A stretch of 64,000 nucleotides of DNA from the human T2T-CHM13v2.0 reference genome, Homo sapiens (GCF_009914755.1 NC_060934.1); one strand, 5' to 3'. Positions 27,161 to 40,821 are shown, counted from the stretch's first letter. Translations and numbers: made by a program. The notes: generated by a model not told the origin, from the letters alone.

Positions 27161-28464
27161 GCTAAGCATCTGTCAAGAGCAAGACTTGGGCAAGCAATGG
27201 CTGTGATAATGATAAATAATGAGGTATATAACTGAGAACTACCTAACCTAATTTTCGTTCGCAAGAAATGTACTTCAGGTATTTTCTATAATGCTTGAAA
27301 CAGACTTGGGACTTGACAAAAGTGCAGAGTCAAGCTCTGTATCTGGAGCCTAAGTTCATTTTTTCTAATGTAAAAAGTGCATTAGTGGTTTGCCTTTTAA
27401 TCAGTCCTTTCTAGCACCTACTTTTCCTCTTCTTGCTTGTGTCTTTTAGGAAAGTGTTAAAGCCCTTTTCTTTTAATGTCAGGCAGTAAAAAGGGCACTG
27501 CATTTCTGCAGGATCCAGCAAAGATTTGTTGACATTGAGCTGAAACTGGGCAATCCATTCATTATTAATAGATGTGCTCACATAATGGAAGGTGTTTCTG
27601 TGGGTTTTTTTTAACCAACGACACAATAGAAATGTTTAATTAATGACATGTGCAAGTCTTAAGCAAAGATTTACTTGTTTTATGGGCTTAGCAAATTCAT
27701 TCAGCCACTTCCTCCCAGATGCTGACAAGCCTGTTTGTTTATGCTCACTGGCTCTTCTAAAAACCAGCCAAGTATTAGGATTATTTTTGAAGTAGCTCAG
27801 TAATCTCTGAGGTAGGGACTGGATGTCTTCAGTATCTCACCCACTACACATAGGCTCTTTATGGGAGCACTGCCTGGCCCTCAAAGCAGGCATTAGATAA
27901 GCCAGCCCTACCTTGCTGGAATATAGAATGCAATTTTCCATTGGATAGAAACTATTGACTATTTACACAGACACAGTTATAATTTGTTTTTAGAAATTCT
28001 TCCAGGGTTTTCTCTTAGCTTTTTAAAAAATTATTTAATCTTGATCGAAAGCTAGACCTGCCATTAATTTTAAATATCTGTTCACATAGTTAATGTTTCG
28101 TATTTACCAAGTAGAACCCATCACCTCAAACAATAGGAACGAACACACTTGTAGGTGACCAATCTAAAGCCAGTTCCTTTTTGGAACAAGATTCTCAAGA
28201 GGAACAAGATTACCAAGAGTTATGTATTGCAAAAGGAAGTGAAATGACATCACCAAGTAGAAAGTGTCCGGGAGGAGAGGAAATCATTTGTTTGTAAGCA
28301 GGGACTGAAAAGAAATGAAAGATCCCGCCATAGCACATTTTTGGCTCTTCCTTACTGAATTTGGGTTGGAATATTCTCATAGCTCCCTCTTTGTTCACTG
28401 ACATTGCCTGAAACCTGTACCTTGCCAGCTCAACATTTTAGCCACCAAGTTAACTTTACTGCTT

Positions 28465-29754
28465 AAGTGGTGTACCCAGCATAGTTGATAGCCAGAACAA
28501 TTTAACATTTTCTTCCTTCAGACAACAATGGATTTATTTTCAGTAATATTTATGAAATGAAAAGATTAACCAAAAATAATAGCTGGGGTTGGAGAGGAAA
28601 ACACAAACCGAATTTTCCTTTTATTACAATTCATATATATGCATACACACACATACACACATATACACATACATACATACATATATTCATATATATAGTA
28701 TATATCATCCTAGTTTAAAAAAATAAAATACTACAGTATTAAAAAGAAAAAAGGGTAATAAATACCAATTTTAGGCACATTATTTATGTTTTGAAAAAAG
28801 GGAGAAATCATATAGTTAAATACTGGTTAGTTACAATAATGAATAACATGGTATTTTCTGTTTTTATGCCTTGTCTTCTGCAAATTAGTAAATAATCCCA
28901 TCAAAATATATCTTTTTTTTTTTTTTACATATTCTTGCTCTGTAGACAGTATAGCCAGATTTGTCAATCTATCTAAATCTGTTTTCAAAGTCGAAGACCA
29001 CATTTCATTAATTTTAATTTCAGAAGTTTCTTTCATATGAAGCAAAAGGTGTGCAAATAATTAGGAAATGTCTTAAACTCTACGATAAGTTTGTCAGAGT
29101 TATATAAATTCCTTTTCCACAATATATTCCAGAAGTTTCCATACTTTCTATAAATTTTTCTTATGCATTGATTCTGACAGATTTTAAAAGTTACTTTACT
29201 TGAAACAATTTAAACACAAATAAAAAATCCCAGGTGGTCAAATAGAATGGTAGAATCACATAGATCAAGTACTGTATCTTTGTAATCACTGTGTTATTCT
29301 TATTTTGAATCTACTTTTTAAATGCAAAAATATGTGTTGGACGGCTTAGAGATAAACAGTGCCTGCAGTAACAGTAAATAATTCTCATGAATGTCAAACA
29401 CAGAACTAATGTGTATAGGGTAGCAGAGATACTTTCCATGTAGAACACAATGTTTATTAAATAAGTGCTAAACAAATGTTAATTTGGATCTTATACATCT
29501 GTATTTTTTAATGCAACCAAAACTGGAATAATTTTTTGGAACTTAGACCAATAAAATATTTTGCCCCTGGGAGAAGTATTTCATAACTGATATTGTTTAG
29601 AATTATTGGCTCTGAGTGATCATAAAAGGTAGGCTTACATTATTTGGTTTTATTATTATTTTTAAATTCTCCAAAGGCAATGTCCCCCACCTGCCCATTA
29701 TTGCCTGCACTGGGGCAGCCCACCCCACCACTAGCCCTTGGTACCCAGCCACTG
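28465..29754 (-). mobile_element. Arthur1-like hAT-Tip100 DNA transposon, internally deleted, both ends present
   Basis: Ends aagtggtgtacc... / ...ggtacccagccactg; 8-bp TSD tactgctt / ttctgctt; ORF 28827-29045 'DRLTNLAILSTEQE' is a hAT C-terminal dimerisation motif. Confidence 0.85.
28633..28706. repeat. Compound (TA)/(CA)/(TACA) microsatellite
   Basis: Direct reading. Confidence 0.85.
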
Positions 29755-30833
29755 TTCTGCTTCCTTCTGGGGTTTCATCTCTCACCAACTCAGAACAATT
29801 CCACATAATCTTGATCTTATTGTGTCACAAATACACCAGGACAAATATGATCTACTCTAAGCCATGCTCTATATCTTCTGATAAGTTTGTCAAACCGAAT
29901 AACCATGGAGGATGTCTCTGGGCAATTTTAATTTTTTAAGAGAATGAAAAAAAAATGCCTGAAAGCAATGGATAGTGATGAGACTCAACAATAAATCAGA
30001 GAGACTGAACTGCCCCAGCTAATTCTGTCAGAAAGGAGTAAACAAATTCAGAGCCTTGATTCAGACTATTACCTTTAACGCATTAGGAGAAAGGGAGAAG
30101 AGGGAAAATAATACACGTGAATTTCGCACTTTACACTTTGTCACTTAGCATCATTTCTGCCTTGCTTCTATCATCCTGCACTGACACAACATCTGGACAA
30201 TAGAGAAGAGCAGGGAGGATGTGCTACTTTTTGGAAAAATTAATTGAATGAGACATAAACAAGTAGAGTCTTTTAAAAGACAAATTCAAAAGCAAATGTA
30301 TAGAAAAGGACCTCAGCCAGGGAGAGAAGCAAAAAGGTAAACATTTAGTGAGTAAAGGAGAGTTTGAGTCATTGAACCAGAAATTCAATGCTTGTATCCA
30401 TTCACTTCATTCAACGAAACATTAATAGTTTATTATTGTCAATTAATTAATGTGTTATCTGATGAAAAATATAAGTGCAAACTAAACTCTGTGATCCCTC
30501 TTCTGCGCCACCAGTGAATTCAGGTGGTCACAGCTACACAGCATACAAATCCCAATATTCTGTACCTCTAGCTGCTTGACAAGCAGGCAGCCCAGTTTTC
30601 CCAAGGATCTCTCCTCCCCTACTTTCTCTCTACGTATCATTGAAATGGAGTGGCCATGGGAGATTGTCTGCCAAGATGAAACCTATTTTCCTGGAGGATT
30701 AGGAAAGGGTCAGATATAAGTTCTTTTTGTGACATGCAGAGGAGTCTGGACTCCTTAGGTAATGGAGAACTACTTAAGGATTTTAATGACACCAGCAATT
30801 CAGATTTATGTCATTGTAGGAACTCAACACTGG

Positions 30834-31613
30834 TGTAGTGGGTTGAATGCTGACCCTCTCCAAAAGATATGTCCACATCAAATCCCTGAAACCTGTGAAT
30901 GTGATCTTACTTGGAGAAAGTCTTTGCAGATGCCATTAAGTTAAGAATCTTAAAATGAGTTCACCCTGCATTATCTGGGTGGATCCTAAATCTGATGAAA
31001 AGTGTTCTTATAAGGGACAGAAAGAAGGTACCAACTTTCAGTTATAAGAGAAACAAGCTCTGGGAATCCAACATATAGCCTGCTGACTATAGTAAATAAT
31101 ACTGTATTATATTTGCTAAGAGATTAGATCTTAAGTGTTCTCACCATACACACACAGACACATACACATACACACACACACACACATACACACACATACA
31201 CACACACGGTAACTATATGAGGTTATAGAATTGTTAATTTGATAGTGGTAATCATTTCATAATGCTTATGTATATCAAATCATACACTGTATACCTTAAA
31301 TACACATAATTGTATTTGTCAATTATACCTCAAGAAATCTGGGAAAAGAGACAAAGGATAACAGACACATACAACAGAAGTCAATGTGAAGACACAGCAG
31401 AGAAATGTGGCTGCAAGCCAAGAGAGCTAGCAACCACCAGAAAATGCAAGAGGTAAAGAAAGCAGGCTCCCCTAGAGCCCCACAGGGAGGGCAGCACTTA
31501 ACAGCATCCTGATTTCAGACTTCTGGCCTCAAGCATAGGAGAGAATGGGTTTCTGTTGTTTTAAACCACCAGTTTGTGATAACTTGTTATGGCAGCCACG
31601 GGAAACAAATACA
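30834..31613 (+). mobile_element. MLT1C-like LTR split by an L1 insertion
   Basis: 'tgtagtgggttgaatg...aagatatgtccac...gatttcagacttctggcctc...ggaaacaaataca'; flanks actgg/agtgg. Confidence 0.88.
31027..31347 (+). mobile_element. L1MA9/L1MB-type 3' end with (CA)n, nested in MLT1C
   Basis: 'ggtaccaactttcagttataag...tttgctaagagattagatcttaagtgttctcacca...tttgtcaattatacctcaa'. Confidence 0.88.
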
Positions 31614-31884
31614 AGTGGTGACAACATCAAGAATTTGTTTGATATAGAGGTATGACTTGGGAAGAGATATAATGAAAGAAACTATTACTACGGGACGTGT
31701 TTAGAATAAAGCATGGTTCAAGACTTTTGTTAATCTTACATGATTTTTTCTATATTTACCATTATATTTATTTTTAGAATAAGCAATGTGGGATAAAAAA
31801 AGACTTAGTTAAGATAAAAAAGATAAAGTTAGATAAATAAAAAGACTAAGGAAACTGAAGGGAACATTGAGTGGAGGGGGCTGT

Positions 31885-32200
31885 TCCTTCCTTATTTCTC
31901 TGACAAATATTTTCTGAGCATGCGTTATGTGCTAGGTGTTGTTCTAGACATTGTAGAGCTAGTACTGAACATAATAAAAAAAAACTCTTATGAATCTTAC
32001 ATTGAAGTAGAGGAAAACCATAGAAGTTTTTGAGTAGAGGCATAGGTAACAGCTTTAAAAGGCTCACTCTAGCTGCTGAGTATAAGGTGAAAGCAGGGAG
32101 ACAGAATGCCACCACTGTCATCCAGGTGAAATGACAGTGGCTTGTGCTAAGGCATGAACTGGGAGGCTAGAGTTTCTTGTGGCTGACTTGAATGGGACCA
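31885..32200 (-). mobile_element. L2 fragments
   Basis: 'acaaatattttctgagcatgcgttatgtgctaggtgttgttctagac', 'ttaaaaggctcactctagctgctg'. Confidence 0.75.
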
Positions 32201-33993
32201 AATGAAATAGTGAGATTAACTTGATGATTTCCAGACATACAGTAACTGTGAGATTGTAAGTATGTATGTGGGGTCGGGGTGGAGGGGGATGGTAAGAAGT
32301 GAGATCCAGATCTGAGACCCAGCTGTTCACTGGTGTATATGGAAGCCTGAAGGCTAGAATGGTAGAGGCAATATTAATGTGAGTAGTTGGGTTCTCTCTT
32401 AAATCCTACTGATGAAGTACCATAGTACTCAAAATGAAGTGCTCAGAATGCGGCTGGGACAGGGAGAAGAACCTTACTGATAGGTAATGTCTCTGGATCT
32501 GACCCTACCCCTCAAGGCACATAACTTGCAAGAATTGTTCCCATTAGGTGGCATCTTTTTCACACAATAACATCTTATAACAAATTAATTCATTGGTTAA
32601 GAGAAATTTCATGTGTTTACCTCTGAGATGAGGGGCTATCTCCAGTTGCTCCCTAACAGAATGACTACTAGAGAATCAACGATGATATTTTTGTGGCTGA
32701 TTATTAGGATATTCTTGGAAAACAACCTCAATTACTGGAAGTTGTCCAGCCAGAGAACAGTATTGGTCACCAAGTCAACTAATGAAAATCACTTGCCCCA
32801 TTTTCCCAAAAATTACAATGTAATTGAGAAGCAGGATTGTTTCATACAATCTTTTTCCTGTAGAAGGCTTTTTAATTATCCCAACTACATTCCAAAAAAG
32901 ATTTGCCATTGACTACAAGTTAGTCCAATTCTAATAACAGTGCAAGAAAATGAAAACCACATGTGGAATGTTAGAAAGTAAGACGTCTGTTTTTTTCTTT
33001 TGAGAACTGAAAACGGAATGAATTGATCAAAGAACCAATTGAATGACTCAAGCAGGAATGACAGAAATTTTGTACTTAGATTAAGTTGCAGGTCATTTAG
33101 GTAGCCCATGCTAGAAGAGTAAATCAGGTAAATGTTATAATACTCCCAACTTCTAGAAACCATCACCCTACACATAAATCCATATGCTTATGCAAATATC
33201 CCCACTCCAATTAGTTTTAAAACTATCTGAAATGCCACCAATTATTTGAAGTATTTTTCAAATCTCAGTTTTCTTGAACACCAATCAGAAAGTTTGCTGG
33301 AGTGATCACTTGCATTCTCTATGCTTGTCTCTTCAGGGACTCCAGATCATAACAAATTGAAAGGGGACTCCAATTATCATTTGACATCTTTGTTTAGGAT
33401 TGCACATTTTAGTTCTCATGAATAAGCAATTAAAAAGTTATATTTCTGAGAGAAGAAAATCTGTATTAGTAGCTGGCCTTGCAAGAAAAAAGAAGTAGAT
33501 CCAATGTCCTGGAAAGGAGGAAAAAAGCAATAAAGAGATTCTGCATCCACAGGAAGAAAGAATAGCATGACAAAACAAGCTACGTGCACAAATACAGCCC
33601 AAATATATGGGTTAAGGGACTAGATTAGAGTCCAGCAGGCTGGACTCTGAAGAGGTTGGCTAAGGGATTAGGGTGCCTGTGGGAATCCAATTTCCAGGTC
33701 ATAGGGATTAATTTTTAAAAGGAGGGTATACAAATAATAACCAGTCCTCTATTTCTGATTCTTGAGCCCAGCTGGCTCTGTTACTAATTATGGAGTCAAT
33801 ATGGAAGTCCATAATTAATTTAACTGACCCCGTCTCACTGAAGCCCTTCGTGAATCAGGGTGACTTTTAATGGAGGAGTTTTGTAAAAGCATGATAAAAT
33901 CTCCTTTACATTTCCCAGATGATATCTCCTATACCTCTCTCCAAGTGTTTATGGCATTCTATACTACTTTGTAATTTGATAGGCATTACCATT

Positions 33994-34346
33994 TGTATTA
34001 GTCCCTTTTCACACTGCCGGAAGAAACTTCCCCGAGATTGGGTAATTTATAAAGGAAAGAGGTTAATTGACTCACAGTTCTGCGTGGCTGGAGAGGCCTC
34101 AGGAAATTTACAATCATAGCAGAAGAAGAAGCAGGAACTTTCTTTACGAGGCAGCAGGAGAAAGAAGAACGAAGGAGGAAATGCCAAACACTTATAAAGC
34201 CATCAGATCTCGTGAGAACGCACTCACTATCACGAGAACAGCACGGAGGAAACTGCCTCCATGATCCAATCACCTCCCTCCTTCCACACCTGGGGATTAT
34301 AATTCGAGATGAGATTTGGATGCGGACACAGAGCCAAACCTTATCA
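33994..34346 (-). mobile_element. THE1D/MSTA-type MaLR solo LTR
   Basis: 'tgtattagtcc...gggtaatttataaaggaaagaggttaattgactcacagttc...gacacagagccaaaccttatca'; flanks ccatt/ccact. Confidence 0.93.
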
Positions 34347-35283
34347 CCACTTCATATTTGAGAGTAGAGACTATGTTCTACCTATTTTTGTAATAAACAA
34401 AGGGCCTGATATACTTCCTTGCACATAGTGGGAACTGCGAATGTATCTGTAGTATTGAAAAAGGAAAAATGTAGAAAGAAAATAAAAAACCATGCTCCCA
34501 CAACGACTACACTATGAGAATATCCTTCCAAATTACTTGAGTACCATCGAGAAATGCAATGGCAAAGCTCTATTTGCCCTTCAAGCCTCAGCCCAGAAAT
34601 ATCTCTGTAATATGTATTAGTTCCATTTCTATTTCTATTTACAATAGTTTAAGAATCAAGCTATGATTACATATGCCTAACACCAGTTCCTTTCTGACAG
34701 GTGTGATCCTTCCCATCATTCCAATTCCTTATGCAGATCGTTCCTAAATAATTTCATTCTTCTTAATTACAAGGTCTCAAAGAGCTACACCTGTGAAGGG
34801 ACACAATCCACAAACCTATAGAATTTAAAGGGAACTACTTTTCCCTGGGGTCTTCTGCTCAGATGTTAAGAAATGTAACTGATTATTTCAACAAGGAGAA
34901 TTTCTTTCCCCTCAAGTCATGACCTGGTTTATCAGATAAATTCAAAGCTTTTGGGTAAGCACCTTAAGGCCATGTATTTTTTTTCCTCTCAAAGTTTTTG
35001 GCTGCTTGCCTTCAAACTGCAAGCTGGCAGGCTTCATCCTTTAAAAGCTTAATAACTTGAAAACCACAGGGCACCTAGAATACCTCTAGTTTTTAGCCCT
35101 AGAGCTAGAGGATGGATGGGGTAGAAATCTAATGCACTTGACCTTCTCACCTCCTGCTCATAGCCCATGCCTCCTATTACACCCACTCCAATCCTCCTTG
35201 AGGCCACAATTGAGGAGTTCTGCTGACAGACATCTCTAGAATAGCTACTGTGCATCTCATATAGGCAACTGGGCTTTCTAGGT

Positions 35284-35481
35284 CAGAGTTCTTCAAAGTG
35301 TAGTCCCCATACGAGACTAGTAGCATCAGATTCTCCATCACCTGGGAATTTGTTAGAAATTAAATCTTGGGTGCTGCACCAGACCTCCTTAATCAGAAAC
35401 TCTGGAGGTGGAGTTCAGAAAGTTGTGTTTTAACAAGCCCACCTAGAGATTCCAAAGCTCCCTAAAGTTTGAGAACCACTC
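35284..35481. mobile_element. MER5A (hAT-Charlie MITE)
   Basis: 'ttcttcaaagtgtagtcc...catcacctgggaatttgttagaaat...aatcagaaactctgg...aaagtttgagaaccact'. Confidence 0.88.
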
Positions 35482-36496
35482 CTCTGAGTAAATGAAACAG
35501 TGGTAATTGGCAGTAAACCTTGGACTAACTTATAACACTAAGGAGCAATCACTCATCCCAATCTCGTCTCAGGAATTGTGGGATTTGGTGACCTCATTTC
35601 AAAGGGACAATACTTATCTCTGAAGGTGCTTGGGTAGCTGGCTCTGTGCACTTGGAAATACACAATGCTGTTCTCCCATGTGGTCCAAGGTGCTGAAGAA
35701 AATCAAATGTTCTAAATGTGAACTGGTAAAACCTGGGACTGGCAAAGGAGGGAATGAGCACCACAAAAAATATTTCGTTTTTTAAGATTTGACTATACAT
35801 ACTTGGTTGGTATTGTCTTCAGATTTCATTTTATCACAGGCACTTAGCTTTTCAGGGTTCCTCTCAGTAAGTATTTATGAAGTCCTATTTTGTGTAAGAT
35901 ACACATTAAAAAGAGCTATCTCTAAAAATAAAATAACAATAATGGAAAGAACAATGCCAACCCTAGCCCAATTTTAAGAACTGATTTATCTATCTATTGT
36001 GAGCAAATATATTTTAGGTAAATCTTCTTTGGGATTCAGCCTCCTTAAGAAGAATGAACATCTTCATTTGGCACTCAACCCTGCTCCAAAAGCTACCTTG
36101 TAATGGCATAGTTATCGTTCTGTAATGCAGGATACTTACCTTCGAAACTGTGTATACATTTCAGTTTTGTTCTAATCTAAGCATGTAACCTCATTGGAGG
36201 AATGCATTTTCTAAAGGAACTCTCCAAAGATTCTATTTGAAATACACTTAATGGTGTATGGTTCATTTTCTTTTAACAAATCTAAGTTTTCCTGTAACCA
36301 AATTTGCACAGAGTAGGATTTAATCAAGTTAACATTTAGGAGGAAAGAGATAGGGAAAATGGGCACATGGTTTAAGATTTACAGAAACATTTCCTGGGAG
36401 TCTGCATTTTTGAGAAGCCAGTACATAAACTTTTCTGCAAACAGAAGTGAAACTGAAGTCCAAATTAACCTAGCCTTGTGTCAGGAAATAGAGGAC

Positions 36497-36643
36497 TTCA
36501 GTTCTAATCAGCAGAAAATTACTATATCTATAGAGTATATATATAAAATTATAAATAAATTATATAAAATAACTTTATATATAATGACTCTGTAGATACA
36601 TAGTAATTTTCTGGTGTTAATGTAAAAAATTACTAGAACTGAA
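36497..36643. repeat. AT-rich nested imperfect palindrome
   Basis: 36512-36552 is near reverse complement of 36569-36613; outer ttcagttcta / tagaactgaa. Confidence 0.9.
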
Positions 36644-38995
36644 AGAAATATACAGGTATTCTTAAATCAGTGATGTTAACATTTTTCTTTGTGACCGATT
36701 ATGAGCCAGTTTCTCCATATCACCTCTCTCATGTTGATGCTGAACTGGTTTTAAGGACAGAAGTGAAATTGCCCACAGCTGAAACGGTGGATGTGGGACT
36801 TAGGACTACCTCTGTTTTATCACCAGCTCATACCTGGCAAAGTTTCTTTCAGCACCTCAATGTTCATGTGTATTTGTTTACATATGTGCATGTGTATTGG
36901 CTAGGAATTGGAGTTAATCTAAGATACACACTAATCCGCTGAATGTGCCTCTAAATGAGAAATATTATATCCTGTTGGAGTAAGCTAGGAAAATTGCCTG
37001 GCCTGCAGAGTGCTGAATTATGTTCACAGCATATGTGATGGGCATTTTGTACTTTCCCCAAACGTACACTTCCCCCCTAAGGGGAGATTTAAATTGACGT
37101 TTATTTCTGCTAGTCGAACTTGAAGAACATTGAGTTGCAATCTCTTTCCTTAGTTTTCTCTCTTTAACCTCAGGGCTGAAGTTCAGAATCATTTTTCCAA
37201 AGAGAACCTTTCCCTCAAGCATATTCTGTAGCCTTTTCTACAGAAGAATCTGTAGAGTGATGTTCCTGAGATCACTCAGGACAGGCTCCCAGTCACACAA
37301 GTATTGCCCCTGGGTTGGCCTCTGTACCTGACATTTTGAGGGCCCGAGCCCCTCACTTTTGGGCCAAGCCAAGAGAAGAAATAGCAATTCAAAAATCCAT
37401 TGTGGAGACTGCAGTAGAAATAAAGAACTGGCTCCACCCCCACAGGATGTTACCCCAGCTGCTTTCCATTCACAATCTGGTTCTGAGCAGACCAAGGAAA
37501 ACACAGGATGAGGCTGTGCACAGGCTCAATTATACATTCAAATTGCCTGTATTTAAAAACCCCTAAAAACTGTAATGGCTTAATTAAGCTGGTAACTTTA
37601 TGGCGTGCTTCTCCTCACAGCCTAACTCAAAGCCCTTTCTCTTTCACTGAGAAGTCAGTGTGACAATTCTGGCTTGCTGGGGTGGCTGCCGCAAGGAGGA
37701 GGGGCTCCAGGATGGGAAAATGAAGAAAGTGGATCTTGGTGGAAGCTACGTTTCTCTTGTGGCAGATGGTCTACAAATCTGCAGTCCTTTGGAGTATATA
37801 AAACAGGTCTCTGGGGAAAGAGTAGGCATTAGTCTAGGTTCTAGGAAGAGTAGAATGAATTTTCACATGCTGAAGCTCATCTATGGAGTCCATCAATTAA
37901 AAAGGGTGTATTTCAAAAAAGAGAAATTCAGGTTAAGACTTGCATGTTATCTGAAAGGAAAAGAAAACCCTCCTATAAGAGAGCAGGTTAGCCCTACCCT
38001 CACCTCCCCGCACTCCCGCCCTATCTAAATGCCATTTTTCTTACTCTCCATGCCCACGGCATATATATGGAGTAGCACTGTAATGCCACCGAATGAACTT
38101 TCTGCCTTCATGTAGAAGTGGCTGCGCTCTGTGGAGGGGCATGCTATTCTCACTCACTGTCATCTGCTTTACAGAAAGAGCCTGTTAGGGCTGCAACAGT
38201 TTCATTATTCATGTCTCTTGCTATTGTTTGAGAAATCCTTTGTTTGAGGATCTGTTGAGACATTGTCCCATGCAGAAAGTAACTTTTTAAGAAAATTAAT
38301 TACTTGTAACCTTCATTTGTTTAAATGCAGTTAAAGATCTGCTAAAAAAATCAGACTATGTTGCCTCCAGTATCACCTATCTCATGCACTAGTAGGGAAA
38401 CTTATGTACTTAATTTTCCTTATCTTTAAAATGGTATAATAATACGAATTTTTAGCTCACAAGTTTGGTAGGATTTAATGAAATATTACATCTAAGATAC
38501 TTAGCACAGTGCCCAGTTCTAAATCACTTAATGATGCTAGTTAATGAAAATAATAACAATTTTACCAAGCTCACATTCTATAAGATTTATACTTACAGGA
38601 ACACTTAACAATTATATATCTAATCTTCGTCAGATAGAGAAAGAGACATATTTGCTATCCTGGTTTCTCGGGGTTATCAGAGAGGTAACTGGCAACCTAA
38701 TTTCACTACGTTTTGCTTCTTTGGGATTCTGGTGTCTGTCTTTTTATTTCATCTTTAACAGCTGCTCGCATTAGCCTTTTGGGAATCCAGCTAAAGAGTT
38801 TTTCATTTTTAGGAAGCCACACGTTCTCTATCTTTAAATCAAAGGTGAAATGCAGCATGCCATGGCAATAATCCAACATTTGAAGGCCACATGCACCTTC
38901 CAGTTTAAACTCATTTTCTATGAAGTCAAAACTCATCCTTCGCTTTTGAAAGTATCCAAAGCGATTAGCTGAGACAGCAGAGAACAGGCATGAGA

Positions 38996-39013
38996 AGGAG
39001 GCCCCTGGTGGCC
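38996..39013 (-). promoter_or_regulatory. Candidate CTCF-binding motif
   Basis: Minus strand TGGCCACCAGGGGCCTCC versus core TGGCCACCAGGGGGCGC. Confidence 0.4.
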
Positions 39014-40634
39014 AAAATGAGGCTTCTCCCTCTCCGTTTTTAATGGCATGCGAAAGGCATTAATCCACACTTTCATTTTCTCTTAGCCAAATAGAAATGT
39101 CTTGAGATAATGTGAATGCCTTATGGCATAAGTGACTTTCTAAAGTATCTTATTAGAACTCCTTATCTGTGTAAATTAGGCCGCATTGGGGCTTGATAGC
39201 CAGAAACATATTTCTTAAAAGCTGACAAATGGGAGAAGCTCACAAAAAGTTAACCAAATGCCACAGGGGAAACTTCCAGAGGACGCAGCAGCTCTAGTGT
39301 GTTTGCAAGGCTGGTGCCTTTCTGCCATGTCACATGCAAGTGACTTCCTTGGGGGCTGCTTTATTCAGAAATGAAGTCAGATTTCCCAAATGCTTCTCAA
39401 GAACCATGAAGAAAAACTACATGGTCACAGATGGATGTTGGGATATTACTGCAGAAAACAGACAAAAACTTTATCCTTGTAGGGTGTTCAACACGCTTTT
39501 GAGAATGATACCCTAGATTTCAAGCGCATGCGTTTTCAAAAATAAGGTTATAGAGTATTTAGGCTGCTTTGCTGATTTTCATGTAGGAAAGGGTAGAGTG
39601 TTGGAGAAAATCCAAACAAAATGCAAAGAAATAAGCAAACAAAAAACACTTCTAGGAAGTGTTTCCATCTCTTCAGAATGGAGGGTTATGTGTTGTTTGA
39701 TGAAGTTAGCTTATCTAAGGGTGTGTGAGGAAGAGCTAGGGACTAGATTATGTTGCCGAAATGCAATCTCTACTTCTTTCCACGCCACCTGCCCTGCTCC
39801 TCCCCCAGAGGCTACACCATATTGATCCTCACACTAAGCCTCCAACTATTCTGTTCAGATTTACTTGGAAATAAAGGGCTACTGTATTTATTTTCCTGAG
39901 AGACTTGGCCAGAGGCCTACAGAATCCATCATCTACACTGTTTTCCTTTATTTTAAAGTTTCTCCTTACAGGACTGCCTCCCTGCAAACTTGTGTTGGCT
40001 ATTATGAAGAGACACCATTTCCTTTGAAAATTGATTCATTCATTCCATAAAAATTCACTGAACTCTATTGTAAAGGTCAGTATGCTTCCAACATAAAGAA
40101 AATTTTCTACATTAGGATTTTTCTTGTAGGTGGTTTTGTCTGTGTGCGCTTTTTCTTTTTGCATCTGAGTTTTACGATTCAAGCTGTTTTCTTAAAATTC
40201 AAGTGCCATTTGATTTTTTTAAATGTGGGCCATTTATCTTACTACATGAATCAATTTTCTCTACTCTTCTCCTCATCGATATTGTTGCTTTTCAATTCCT
40301 CCCATATATTTCAGGTACATGGTTAAAGCAGTGTGACCACAGTTAAAGACACATCAGAATGTCTCCTGCTGAGGCAAAGAAGATGAACACAGTTAATGGA
40401 TAAATAATAGGCCAGTGCTGAGGCCAATATTTACACCTCTGCTACAATAAATCTTGATAACTTGAAAACTACCAAAACAAGATGTCAATAATCAGTATGG
40501 TGTGCTATATCCTTCCAGAACAGTTTTATTAGAAAGTTATGGAAATGCTGGAAATAAAGATTACAATAATTTTGTGGTATTCTTTTGGTCCCAAAAGGAA
40601 ATCATCCTTTACATTAATGTAAAGATCTAGAATC

Positions 40635-40800
40635 TCATGGGTTTCCAAACTTTAATATGCACGAGAGTCATCTGGGGTGCACTTCGGTAAATACAGATTT
40701 ATGGATTCTGTCCATAGAGATTCTGATCAAATAGGCTTGGTCTTGGGCCCTGGGTGAATCTAATACAGACAAACTAGGCAACATTTTGAGAAACACTGAT
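40635..40800. mobile_element. MER5-family MITE
   Basis: 'gggtttccaaactttaatatgcac...agagattctgat...ttttgagaaacactga'. Confidence 0.75.
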
Positions 40801-40821
40801 TTAAGTTCTACTGCTATTCAT

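Noticed and set aside
36132-36141. 'atacttacct' matching the U1 snRNA 5' end
   Set aside because: Only 10 nt match; the following sequence is not U1. It is simply a consensus splice donor on the minus strand
37660-38028. 122-aa ORF in unique sequence
   Set aside because: GTG start, no recognisable homology or exon structure; length within chance expectation
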